Part shown: one piece after another, positions 22,501 through 35,800 of the stretch
Layout of the letters: every line of letters starts with the position of its first letter
Position numbering within the stretch: the first letter of the stretch is position 1
Assembly: GCA_028826165.1 (NCBI GenBank)
Contig: JAPDFW010000001.1
Span: 41,355 to 105,354, forward strand
Reading direction: 5' to 3'
DNA: 64,000 nucleotides
DNA from: Anaeramoeba ignava BMAN
Taxonomy: Eukaryota; Protista; Anaeramoebae
Notes under the pieces: generated by a model
Databases searched by the model: none
Told to the model about the DNA's origin: nothing
What the model saw: only the letters and a program-made list of their open reading frames with translations
Translations under genes and position numbers: made by a program

Positions 22501-25291
22501 TCCTCGTCGTGTCCTTGCAACAACACGAGGCACAGGCCCTCTCTTTAATATCACTCCCCTCAAAAACCCCAACTTTGTTCTTCCGTATACCGTCAACGAT
22601 AAGCATATTCTTTCTCTCAAACTCGTCCAAAATATCTCCTACACTTATGATCCCCTCTCTTCTTCCGTTACTGTCCGTTGGATCCAAAACCATACTCTTA
22701 TGTCTCGCATATTCCCCAATGTCTCTTCTTCTTATCTTCCATTCTCAACCCCTCATATTGCTAAATTCATCCGCAAGCTCAGAAAATCTGATAAAATCAA
22801 CCATTGTGGCGATGTTGTCGATATTTCCGTTACAGATTTCATCCAAAAACCTCATGAGTGGAAATCAATGTACCACGGATACAAAGTCGGCGCCTCTTTC
22901 GCCAAGCAACAATCCTCTCCCAAAAAGGGCACTCTCCATCATCTTGGTGTTGTTCTCGGCAATTTCATCCGCGATCATCGAAACTCCCAAAATTTCTCCT
23001 CAATTTCCTCGCAAACACATCCCCAACTCGCACAGCTTCTCTCAGCAATCTCCCCGCAAGGCATCCCCAACATAGACAATCTCAGAAAAATTGCGCTTAC
23101 TGACGAGCAAGATCGCCGCGAATTCCTATCTGCAGTTGTTACCAGCGCAGGTTCTGTGATTTCCAACAAAGAAAACATTGCTGAAATTGATTGCGGAAAT
23201 CAAAAAGAGATCAGAAACAGTCTCGAGTTCATTGCTCGCTCTTTGGGTCTTGCATTTGTCAGTGTTCCCAATCAAAAACAACACCGCGAAACAATAAGAA
23301 TTTTTGGATCACGAATTGAGAACTTTTGGATCAATAACGGAAAAAAACGTCAAAAAACAAACGAAAAAGCAAAAACAAGAAAATCAATGGAAGAAGAGCA
23401 TCTCAGCTGCGAAATACGTGTTGAGCCCGCAGGAATGGGAGAGTACTATGGATTTGAGATCGATGGCAATGGACGGTTTCTTCTTGGCGATTTCACAGTC
23501 ACACACAACTCAACAACAATCAACATGCTGATCGGGTTATTTCGACCCACAAGTGGAGATGCGTTTATTCTCGGGCGTTCCATCATCACAGATATCGATG
23601 CTATTCGTCGGCAGCTCGGTGTTTGTCCGCAGCACGATATCTTGTGGGATGAGCTTACTGCGAAGGAGCATTTGGAGTTATTTGCAAAACTCAAAAATAT
23701 GAAAAGCAAAGAAATCAAAGATGAAATTTCTCAAAGACTCGAAGAAGTAGAGCTTTCTGATGTTGCTAATTTAAGAGTAGGAGCTTTTTCTGGTGGAATG
23801 AAACGTCGTTTATCTCTTGCTATTGCTTTGACTGGCTCTCCTAAGATTTGTTTGTTTGATGAATGCACAACTGGTTTGGATCCTGTTGCTAGAAGACAAG
23901 TTTGGAATATTATTCAGAAAGCGAAGAAGGATCGTGTTATTTTGTTAACAACTCACTGTAAATCCAAAACCAATTTCAATTTAAAATTCATTTCAATTTA
24001 AAATTCAATTTGAAATTAAAATCAAAATTCATTTCGAAATTCAATTTGAAATCAAAATTCAATTTGAAATTAAAATTCAATTTGAAATTAAAATCAAAAT
24101 TCAATTTAAAATTCAAATTGAAATTAAAATTCAATTTGAAATTAAAATTCAAAAATTTAAATTTAAAATTAAAATTCAATTTGAAATTAAATTTAAAATT
24201 TAATTTGAAATCAAAATTTGAAATTAAAATCAAAATTAAAATTCAATTTGAAATTAAAATTAAAAATTCAATTTAAAATTCAATTTAAAAATCAAAATTC
24301 AATTTAAAATCAAAATTCAATTTGAAATCAAAATTCAATTTGAAATTAAAATTCAATTTGAAATTAAAATCAAAATTCAATTTAAAATCAAAATCAAAAT
24401 CAAAATCAAAATTCAATTTGAAATTGAAATTAAAATTCATTTCGAAATTCATTTTGAAATTAAAATTAAAATTCAATTTGAAATTGAAATTAAAATTAAA
24501 ATTCATTTCGAAATTCATTTTGAAATTAAAATTAAAATTCAATTTGAAATTGAAATTAAAATTAAAATTCATTTCGAAATTCATTTTGAAAATTAAAATT
24601 AGCAATGGAAGAAGCAGATATCCTTTCAGATAGAATCGCTATTCTTGCAGCTGGAAAACTTCGTTGTTTAGGAACATCTCTTCATTTAAAAAACAAATTT
24701 GGAGCTGGATATAGAATTAATATTATTATCGAAGAAGAATCAAATATTCAACCATTACGTACAGGAATTCTTAAACAATTTCCCGATTTCCAAATTTATA
24801 ATGAAACTCAATCAACAATTACAATCACAGTTCAAAGACATTTGAATCAAAAACTTCCTTCATTCTTTCGTTTTTTGGATGATAATCGCGAAAATTTCAA
24901 AATTAAAGATTTTGCAGTTAGTTTAACAACACTTGAAGAAGTATTCTTGAATATTGCTAATCAAGCTCAAAGAGAACAAGCACAAAAATTAAAAGAACAA
25001 TTAGGAAGTAATTATTAGAAAACTCAAAAAAAAATTTTTTTTGCTAGTTCAAATTTATTTACTTTTTTTTTCTTTTAATTTATATTCTTTTTTTTAGTTA
25101 ATAATTTAATGGGACAAACTTTAACTGATCCTTTATTAATGTCTCAAGAAGAAATGAAATTTTTGGAACATTCTCAACAAAAACCTATCGATAATCAATA
25201 TGTTCCTTATCAAAAACAAGGACAATTTCATCCTCCAAAAGATAAAAGTAGTGATCCTTTAAGTTTATCTGATGATGATGATGATAATTAA
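19515..25291 (+). CDS. ABCA: Half-size ABCA-family transporter (TMD-NBD) containing an intein; multi-exon
   Basis: N-terminus HQTRTLLRKNWIQSKR; IVQEKE..MGLK|GTSYWISW; LALYLDNVVP; Walker A GPNGSGK[intein]STT; LGVCPQHDILWDELT; signature FSGGMKRRLS; Walker B CLFDECTTGLDP; LLTTH|SMEEAD (intron 23958-24602); TTLEEVFL. Last exon 25098-25291. Confidence 0.92.
22403..23509 (+). mobile_element. Intein (369 aa) with a degenerate LAGLIDADG homing-endonuclease domain
   Basis: Block A C1-LGLGTPVIKYNG; block B TVNDKHILSL; block F GEYYGFEIDGNGRFLLGDF; block G TVTHN followed by Ser+1. Removing it restores GPNGSGK-STT. Confidence 0.96.
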
Positions 25292-25657
25292 TCAAATTTA
25301 ATTTTCTTTTTCTTTTTCTTTTTCTTTTTCTTTTTTAAAATGAGGATTCCACTTTTTTTTTCTTTTTTAATTTTTGCATTTCAAATTTAGAACACAACTT
25401 ATTCTATTTTAAAAAAATAATAATAATAATAAAAACAACTTTTCTCCTTTTAAATTAATTTATTATTTTTTTCTCCTTTTAAAAAAAAAAATGAAAAAAA
25501 ATTTTTTTTGCTTTTTTTTTTAAATTTAAATTTTTCTTTTTGTTTAAATTTAAATTAATTTAATAATTTAATAATTTAAAGCATTTTTAAAGCAATTTTA
25601 AAGCAATTTTAAAGCAATTTAAAGCAATTTAAAGCAATTTTAAAGCAATTTAAAGCA

Positions 25658-28600
25658 ATGTTTTCACGTTTTATTGAACCAAGTCAAAAAGTTTTAAAAA
25701 ATTTAGCGTTTCAAACTGTTCAAAATTTTTCAAGAACATTAACAGTAAGAAATCATTTGAAATATTTCAAAAATTAATTATAAAATTGATTATAATATTA
25801 AATATAAAATTGAATATAATATTAATTATAAAATTAAATATAATATTAATTATAAAATTAAATATAAAATTAAATATAATATTAAATATAATATTAAATA
25901 TAAAATTAATTATAATATTAAATATAAAATTAATTATAATATTAAATATAAAATTGATTATAATATTGATTATAATATTAAATATAATATTAAATATAAT
26001 ATTAATTATAAAATTAAATATAATATTAAATATAATATTAAAATTAAATATAATATTAAATATAATATTAATTATAAAATTAAATATAATATTAATTATA
26101 ATATTAAATATAATATTAAATATAATATTAAATATAATATTAAATATAATTATTAATATTAAATATAAAATTAAATATAATATTAATTATAATATTAATT
26201 ATAAAATTAAATATAAAATTAAATATAAAAATTAATTATAATATTAAATATAATATTAATTATAAAATTAAATATAAAATTAATTATAATATTAAATATA
26301 AAATTAAATATAAAATTAAATATATAATATTAAATATAAAATTATTAATATAAAATAAATTAAATTAAAATTAAAATATAAAAATTAAATATAAAATTAA
26401 ATATAATATTAAATATAAAATTAAATATAATATTAATTATAAAATTAAATATAATATTAAATATAAAATTAAATATAATATTAATTATAATATTAATTAT
26501 AATAATAATTATAAATATTAATTATAATATTAATTATAATATTAAATATAATATTAAATATAATATTAATTATAAAATTAAATATAATATTAATTATAAT
26601 ATTAAATATAAAATTAAATATAATATTAAATATAAAATTAAATATAATATTAAATATAATATTAAATATAATATTAATTATAATATTAATTATAATATTA
26701 ATTATAATATTAAATATAAAATAAATTAAATATAATATTAAATATAATATTAAATATAATATTAAATATAATATTAATTATATAATATTAATTATAATAT
26801 TAATTATAATATTAAATATAATATTAATTATAATATTAAATATAATATATTAATAATAATAATAAATATAATTAATTATAATATTAATTATAATATTAAT
26901 TATAATATTAAATATAATATTAAAATATAAATTAAATATATTAAAATAAATATTAAATATAATATTAAATATAATATTAAATATAATATTAAATATAATA
27001 TTAATTACAATATTAAATATAAAATTAAATATAAATATTAATTATAATATTAAATATAATATTAAATATAATATTAAATATAATATTAAATATAATATTA
27101 AATATAATATTAAATATAATAATATAATAAAATTAAATATAATATTAATTATAAAATTAAATATAATATTAAATATAAAATTAAATATAAATTTATAATA
27201 TTAAATATAAAATTAAATATAATATTAAATATAAAATTAATATTAAATATAATATTAATTATAATATTAAATATAATATTAATTATAAAATTAAATATAA
27301 AATTAATTATAAAATAATATAAAATTAATTATAAAATTAAATATAATATTAAATATAATATTAAATATAAAATTAAATATAAAAATAAATAAATTAAAAT
27401 TAAATATAATATTAAAATATAATATTAATTATAATATTAAATATAAAATTAATTATAAAATTAATTATAATATTAAATACAAAATTAATTATAATATTAA
27501 TTATATTAATTATAATATTAAATATAATATTAAATATAATATTAAATATAATATTAAATATAATATTAAATATAATATTAATTATAATATTAAATAAATT
27601 AATTATAATATTAATTATAATACTAAATATAAAATTAATTACAATATTAAATATAATATTAATTACAATATTAAATATAATATTAAATATAATATTAAAT
27701 ATAAAATTAAATATAATATTAAATATAATATTAATTATAATATTAAATATAATATTAATTATAATATTAAATATAAAATTAAATATAATATTAATTATAA
27801 TATTATTTATAATATTAATTATAAAATTAAATATAAAATATTAAATATAAATATTTAAAATATTAAATAAAATTAATTAAAATATTAAATATAAATATTT
27901 AAAAGACAAACAACACTTACGATGCAATTGTAATTGGAGCAGGATCTATCGGACTCCAACAGCAATGGAACTCCAAGAAAGTGGAATGAAAGTAGTAGTT
28001 CTAGATCGTAAACCATCACCAGGACAAGGAGATAACAAATGTGCTATTGGAGGGATTCGCGCAACACACTCCAATGCATCAAAAATTCTAGCAGGATTGC
28101 GTTCACTTGAGATTTTCTCAACATGGAAAGAAAAACACGGATTTGATATCGAATGGAAAAAGGGAGGCTACTTGTTCCCAGTGTATCAGAGAAGTGGATG
28201 AAGAAGCACTTAAATCGTTAATCCCTTATCAACGATCATTCGGAATGGAAATCGGTTTTGTTGATGCAGATCGTGTCAAACAACTCGTTCCTGGAATTAA
28301 TACAGATAGTTTGCGAGGTGGGATTTGGTCGCCAAATGATGGCTCAGCTTCCCCTTTATTATCTGCACTTGCATTTTATAGATACGCAAAGGAACTCGGT
28401 GCAGATTTCCATTTCAAAGAAGAAGCACAAGAAATACTCAAAGATTCTCACGGAAAAGTATCTGGCGTTAAAACCGAAAAAAGCACTTTCCACGCTCCTA
28501 TTGTGATTGATGCTGCTGGTGCTTATTCAACAAAACTCATGAAATCACTAAGACTCCAAGTTCCTGTCACTCCAGACTCTCATGAAGCAGGAATCACAGA

Positions 28601-29069
28601 GCCTACAGAGCATTTCTTCTCTCCAATGGTCGTCGATATGAGACCTAGTACAGGATCCAAAAATTATTACTTCTACCAAAACTCTCATGGCCAGATTGTG
28701 TTCTGTATCACTCCAGACCCAGTTATTCCAGGAACTGACCGCGAAGAAACTTCCGTTTTCCTTCCACAAGTCTCGAAACGTATGATATCAATCCTCCCCC
28801 GTTTACAGAACGTCAGGGTCAGACGTACTTGGCGTGGTCTTTACCCAATGACTCCAGATGGCAATCCTCTTCTTGGCTGGAATCGTAATCTTCCAGGCCT
28901 ATTTACTGCAACTGGTATGTGTGGTCAGGGATTCATGCTTGGTCCTGGATATGCAAAGACAATCCGCAATTCAATTACTAACAATCTCGATGATAATGAT
29001 AAAACTATCCTCAAATTTGTTGATCCTCACAGATCTTTTGCTGATCAAAAAAAGGAAGTTTTCAAATAG
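25658..29069 (+). CDS. FAD-dependent oxidoreductase (DAO family; sarcosine oxidase beta / proline dehydrogenase beta-like) with a putative mitochondrion/hydrogenosome presequence
   Basis: Exon 1 (25658-25744) MFSRFIEPSQKVLKNLAFQTVQNFSRTLT; intron 25745-27905; exon 2 YDAIVIGAGSIG (Rossmann fold), VIDAAGAYS, RTWRGLYPMTPDGNPLLG, GMCGQGFMLGP. Frameshifts near 27955 and 28190. Confidence 0.88.
25745..27905. repeat. 2.2-kb intron filled with a 12-bp A/T repeat (ATTAAATATAAT / ATTAATTATAAT)
   Basis: GTAAGA...AAAAG-bounded; nearly pure A/T tandem repeat. Confidence 0.9.
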
Positions 29070-29724
29070 GAAATTTACTTTTTCCTTTTTTTTTCTTTTC
29101 TTTTCTTTTCTTTCTTTTTCTTTTTTTACTTTGAATTCCTTTTTTCCCAAATTAAATGTTTTTTTTGGGATATTCCAATGAAGGTTTTCAAAAATTAAAA
29201 ACTAATTTTTTTTTCCGATTTTTCAATTTTCTCAATTTTCTCAATTTTCTAATTTTCTCAAATTTTTTTTTTCTTTTTGTTTTTTTAAAAGGAAAAAATG
29301 ACCCTTTTTCAATTTTACTTTTAGTTTCATTTTTGGATTTTTTGATCATTTAAATTTCAAAAATCTTTTTTTAATTTTTCTTTTTTTTAAATTTGATTTT
29401 TCTTTTCAAATTTTCTTTGTTGGAAAAATTTTTTTTTTTGGATTTTTTTTTTAATTAATCAAAAAGAAAGCAAAAATTAAATATAAAAACAATTAGAAAA
29501 AGGTTTTTTTAACCATTTCAAAAAGAAATTTTAAAAAAGAGAATTTGGAAATTTGATTAAAAATCTAATTAAAATTTTTAAATTTGAATTTTTTCCATTT
29601 CAAATTGTTTTATAAAAAATTTTTTTTTGCATTTTTTTTGAATTATTTTTTTTTTTGTATTTTCTTTCAAAAAAAATTTTTTTTGGAAATCTAATCAAAA
29701 TATAATAGTAATAATTAAAAAAAA

Positions 29725-32609
29725 ATGGAGGAAAAAGTGATCAAACAAGGTTTTATGACAAAACAAGGTAAAAAAAACATTAAAAATTAAAAACATAAAA
29801 ACCAAAAAAATCAAAAAACATTTGACTTTTATAACAATAAATTTTTTTTTATTTTAAACAAAATTTCATTATAAAATATTATTTTTGCTTCTTTGAATTG
29901 GCATTGAAAATTAAATTGAACATCATTTGCTAAAAAAATTTGCATTATTGATTTTTATTTTTTCGATTTTTTTTTTCAAATTAAATTTTCTAATTTTTTT
30001 TTTCAAATTAAATTTTCTATTTTTTTTTTCAAAGGTGGAAGATGGAAATCATGGAAAAAGAGGTGGTTTGTTCTTCGAGGCAAAATTATCTTTTATTATA
30101 AAAACCCAAAAGTACGTTTTTCTTTTTTTAATAACAAAAAAAAATTATTTAAAATTTAAATTAATATTAAATTAAAATTAAAATTAAAATTAAAATTAAA
30201 ATTAAAATTAAAATTAAAATTAAAATTAAAATTCATTTATAAAATTAAAATTAAAATTAAATTAAAATTAAATTCAAAATTAAAATTAAAAATTAAAATA
30301 AAATTAAAATCAAAAATTAAATTAAAAAAATTAAAATTAAAATTAAAATTAAAATTAAAATTAAAATTAAAATTCATTTATAATATTAAAATTAAATTAA
30401 AATTAAAATTAAAATTAAAATTAAAATTAATATTAAAATTCAATTTAAAATGAAAATTAAAATTTAAATTAAAATTAAAATTAAAATTAAAATTAAAATT
30501 AAAATTAAAATAAAAATTAAAATTAAAATTAAAAATTAAAATTAAAATTAAAAAAATTAAAATTAAAATTAAAATTAAAATAAAAATTAAAATTAAAATT
30601 AAAATTAAAATTAAAAATAAAATTTAAAATTAAAATTAAAAGAAACGATCACCTATTGGAATGCTTCCAATTACTCAAGCTTCAAAAGTTTATGTATCAC
30701 AAGCAAAAACAAAGAAAAAATTTTGTTTCAACTTAGAAATTCCAGGCCAAAGAACATATTTAATTTCAGCACCTTCAGAAGAAGAAATGAATTCATGGAT
30801 TGAAATAATTAATCAAATTATTAAATCAGAACTTCATGATAAAGTTAGTATGAAAGATTTCAAAAAAATTCGAGTTGTTGGAAGAGGAACATTTGGAAAA
30901 GTAAAATTAAAATTAAAATTAAAATTCATTTATAAAATTAAAATTAAAATTAAAATTAAAATTAAAATTAAAATTAAAATTAAAATTAAAATTAAAATTA
31001 AAATTAAAATTAAAATTCATTTTAAAATTAAAATTAAAATTTAATTTTAAAATTGAAATTAAAATTAAAATTAAAATTCATTTTGAAATTAATATTTATA
31101 GGTTTATTTAGTTCAAAAACTATCAAATCAAGAATATTATGCAATGAAAAGTTTACAAAAAGGAAAAATTGCAGAATGTGAACAAATTGAACAAACAATG
31201 GCTGAAAGAAATGTTTTAATGAGAACTAAACATCCTTTTCTTGTTTCTTTGCATTTTTCTTTCCAAACTGAAGAAAGACTTTTCATGATTCTTGATTTTA
31301 TTGATGGTGGTGAATTGTTCTTTCACTTAAAAAATGAAGGTAGATTTGATGAAGAACGTGTTATTCTTTATTCTGCTGAAATTGTCCTTGCTTTAGAGCA
31401 TTTGCATAAAATGGATATTGTTTATCGGTTTGTTTTTAAAATTCAAACAACAAATAATTACAATTTTATTTATTATTTAATTTTGAATTTAATTTTGAAT
31501 TTAATTTTAATTTTAAATTTAATTTTCAATTTAATTTTCATTTTAATTTTTCATTTTGAATTTAATTTTGAATTTAATTTTGAATTTAATTTTGAATTTA
31601 ATTTTGAATTTAATTTTGAATTTAATTTTGAATTTAATTTTGAATTTAATTTTATTTATTATTTAATTTTGAATTTAATTTTGATTTTAATTTTAAATTT
31701 TTCATTTTAATTTTAATTTTAATTTTTGAATTTAATTTTGAATTTAATTTTCAATTTAATTTTCAATTTAATTTTCATTTTTCATTTAATTTAGTGATTT
31801 AAAACCAGAAAATATTTTAATTGGATCAGATGGTCATATTAGACTCACAGACTTTGGACTTGTTAAAATGAATATTTCAAAAAAAAAGGATGGAAAAACA
31901 TCTACATTTTGCGGAACACCTGAATATTTAGGTAAAAATTTAAGAATAAAAATAAAAATAAGAATAAGAATAAGAATTTTTTTATTTATTTATCATTTTA
32001 TTTTTGAAATAAAAGCACCTGAAATTTTAAAGGATGAAGGATATGGAAAAGCAGTAGATTGGTGGAGTTTAGGCATTCTTATTTATGAAATGCTTGTTGG
32101 ATTGCCTCCTTTTTATTCAGAAAATTTAAATGTGATGTATCAAAAGATTTTAACTGCTCCATTAAAATTTCCACCAGGTCTTTCTCTCTCAGTTAGAGGT
32201 TTAATTTCAGAAGTAATTATTTATAAAATTATAAAATAAAATTATTTATAAAATTATAAAATTTATTTATAAAATTATTAATAAAATTATTAATAAAAAA
32301 AAAAAGCTCTTGAACAGAGATCCTGCAAAACGATTAGGAAGTGGAGGTGATGATTCTTCTCCAATTAAAAAACACAAATTTTTTGAAAAACTTGATTGGG
32401 AAAAAGTATTCAATAAAGAAATGACACCAACTTTTAAACCTGAAGTAAAAAACCCAACAGATACTAGATTTTTTGATCGTGAATTTACAGAAGAAAATTT
32501 AGCAGAATCTGTACCTGAAATTAGCTTTATGGGTAGAGACTCTAATGCTTTTAAAGGTTTTACTTTCGAAGAAGAAGTTGAAGGAATTGGGAATGTAAAA
32601 AACTTTTAA
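29725..32609 (+). CDS. PH-domain AGC kinase (PKB/Akt-like), multi-exon
   Basis: PH domain KQGFMTKQG|GRWKSWKKRWFVL...EEEMNSWI; kinase motifs VGRGTFGKV, DLKPEN, DFG, TFCGTPEYL|APE; AGC C-tail with hydrophobic motif FKGFTF. Confidence 0.92.
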
Positions 32610-32894
32610 AAAAAATTTTTTTTAATTGGAATTTTTTTTTTGTTCCACTTTTATTTTTTGCCTTTTTTTTTTTTGAACGTTTGTTTGTTTCTTTCACCTT
32701 TTTTTGTTTTGTTTTTTTTTCACTTTCCCAATTTGATTTTTGCTTACTTTTTTCTTTTTTTTTTTTCAAACAAAATAAAAGTAAAGAAAGATTTTTTTTT
32801 TTAAAATTTTGATTTTTTGATTTTTTGCTTTTGCTTTTGTTTTTGCTAATTCAAAATAATTTTTTTGCTAATTCAAAATAATGCTTTTGCTAAT

Positions 32895-35800
32895 TCAAAA
32901 TAATGCTTTTGCTAATTCAAAATAATTTTGTAAATCACTTATAAAATGATTTTCAAGCCAAAGTTTTGCTTTATCAATCAATAAACACCATTCATCTTCA
33001 TTTTCAATAAAATAAGTTTCAATAAAAACGATTGCAATAATTGTTGACCAAGATTGTTGAGAAATTTCATTAGGAGCAGAATTAAGAACATTATCCATTT
33101 GCAAATCCAAAATGGATAATAAACTTGAAGTCATTTCCCAAGAACCATCAGCTTTTTGTAAGCGAATAACTTGATTTAAATGGTTAAAAGAAAAAGTTTT
33201 TTGTTTGTTTCTTTTGATTTCTTCTTCATGTTTCATTTTCATTTCATGTTCTTGTTTTTTTTTGAATTCTTCTTGTTTCATTCTGACTTCTTCTTGTTTT
33301 TCTGCAATTTGAACTTCATCTTTTCTCATCACTTCTTCATGTTCCATCATAATTTCTTCAATTTGTCTAGTAATTGTTTCATATTCTAATTGAGATGCTT
33401 GTTTTTCCAGATTGATGTTTTTTCTTTTTTGTTCAATTTCTTCAATATACATTACCATATCTTGAATTTTTGTTGTTGATTCCAATAACTGTTGTTCAAA
33501 TCTTTGTTTTTTTTCTTGTGATTCAGCTTCTTTTAATTTTGTTTCAATCATCTTAATTTCTTTTTGCATTTGATTTTTTTGATCATATAAAACTTGAATT
33601 TGTTGATTCAAAGTCTGATCAACAGCTTGAAGTTTTTGCAATCTTTCGTTCAATGATGATTTTGCTGCTTGCAATCTTTCTTGTATCATTTCCATTTCTT
33701 GTTTTCTCACCATCATTATCATTTCTTGTTCTTTCATTATCATTTCTTGTTCTTTCATCATCATTTCTTGTTCTTTTTTCATCATTTCTTGTTGTTCTTT
33801 CATTCTCATTTCTTCTTTCATTCTCATTTCATGTTCTTGTTTTTTTCTTTTCATCTCTTCTTCCTCTTCTTTCATTTTCATTTCTTCTAAAACTTCTTCT
33901 TCTTCTTTTTCTGCCATTTCAACTAATTTTTCTCATGATTTCTTGTTCTTGCATAATAACATTTTCCATTTGACTTTTTGCTTCTTGGATTTTTAATCTA
34001 ATCTGTTCCATTTCTTTTTGTAACATCAATCTTTGTCTTTCCATCATTTCAGTTTGTTTTTTAATTACTTCAAGTTCTTTCATAAGATCCATTTTATGTT
34101 TTTGAATGTTTTGTTTTTTCTCTTCTGATTCCAAAGTGTGTTGTAATTCAAGATCTTGAGAAACCTTTTCAATTTCTATGATTTGTTTTTGCATTTGTTT
34201 TTGTTTGGCTAATAAATCTTGAAGTTTTTGATCCAATGATTCTTGAACAGCTCTAAGTTGGTGAGATTTTTCTGCAAGCATCTTTTGCATCATTTCCATC
34301 TTTTCTTGCATAAGTTGAATTTCTTTTCTTTTTTGTTCTATTGCTTCTTTTTGTATTTTTTTTTTCTCCAATAATATTACTTTTTTTTTCTTCAATTTCT
34401 TCTTTTTTTTTTAAATCTTCTTCATCTTTAGTTTGAAGTTCTTTGAAAAATAAATCTTGTTCTTCTTTTCTTCTTGCAGCTTCTCTTTGCATTTGTTTGT
34501 CTTCTTTCATTCTTTTTTCATAATCTGCTTTTCTTCTCATTTCTTCTACTTTTTTTCTTTTTTTCTCTTCTTCCATTCTTCTCATTTCTTCTATTTTCCT
34601 TACTTCTTCATCTCTTATTTTTCTAATTTGGAATTCTTCATCTTCTTTTATTTTTCCCATTTGGAAATTTCTTTCTTTCAATTGAATATCTCTGAAAATT
34701 GCTTGTTCTTGCATTCTTCTTTCATTTTCTTGTTTCTTCTTCTTTCATTTTCTTGTTCTTCTTTTTTTCTTCTTTTTTGTTTTTCGTATTCTTCTTTTTT
34801 TCTTCTTTCATATTCTTCTTTCATTCTTCTTTCATATTCTTCTTCTTCTTTTACTTGTCTCATTTTGATTTCTTCTTCTCTTCTTCTAATTTCTTTTACA
34901 ACCTCTTCTTCTTTTTCTGCCATTTCAACTAATTCCTTTCTCATATTTTCTTCTTTTTGCATTATTACTTCTTCCATTTCATGTTTCAATGCATGTTCTC
35001 TTTCTTTAAGTGAATCGATTTCTTGCTGGATTTGTTCTCTTTGCATTTGCATATCTTGTGTTTGCATTTCCATCGCTTTTATTTGCTTCGTTAATTGCAT
35101 TTTTTCATCTTCAATTTTTTGTTTTTCTTCTTTAGATTTGGAAGTGTCTTGTAATAAAGATTTTTCTAATTTTTTTTTCAATTCGTTTTTGTGTTTTGAT
35201 AACTCAACAAATTCTTTTTCTAATTCCTCTTCAACATTTGTAAGTTCTGCTAATTCCTTATTCAGCATTAGTTGCATTGCTTTCATTTCCTCTTGAATCA
35301 TTGCCATTTCCATTTGTCTCAATCTCATTTCCTCTTCTTTTTTTTGTCTTTGATATTCGATATCTTCGAGATATTTTCTTTGTCTATAACTTTGGTCTTC
35401 ATCTTGTTGTTTTCTAATTGCTTCTTGTCTTCTTCTTCTTTCATCTTCTTCTTGTTTTCTTCTTCTTTCATATTCTTCTTGTTTCTTTTCTTTCATATTC
35501 TTCTTCTTGTTTTTTTCTCATTTCATATTCTTCTTGTTCTTCTTCCATTCTTCTTTTATATTCTTGTTCTTCTTGTTTTTTAACTTCTTCCATAATATCT
35601 TCTTCTTTTTCTGCCATTTCAACTAATTCTTTTCTTATTTGATCTTCTTGTTCCATTATAGCATTTTCAATTTCATGTTCTCTTTCTTGAATTGCTCGAA
35701 TTTCTTCTTTTATAGCTTGTCTTCTCATTTGAAATTCTGCTGTTTGCATTTCTATCATTTTCAAGTTTTTCATTAAATTTATTTTGTAATTTTCAGTTTT

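Noticed and set aside
22403-23509. Spliceosomal or group I intron, or a Hedgehog-type Hint domain, instead of an intein
   Set aside because: The insert is in frame with no stops, has C...HN/S ends and endonuclease remnants, and precisely interrupts Walker A.
23845-23885. Walker B/D-loop variant DECTTGLDP (usually DEPTTGLDP) as a sign of a dead ATPase
   Set aside because: The catalytic Asp-Glu, signature, Q-loop and H-loop are all intact. One substitution is insufficient evidence.
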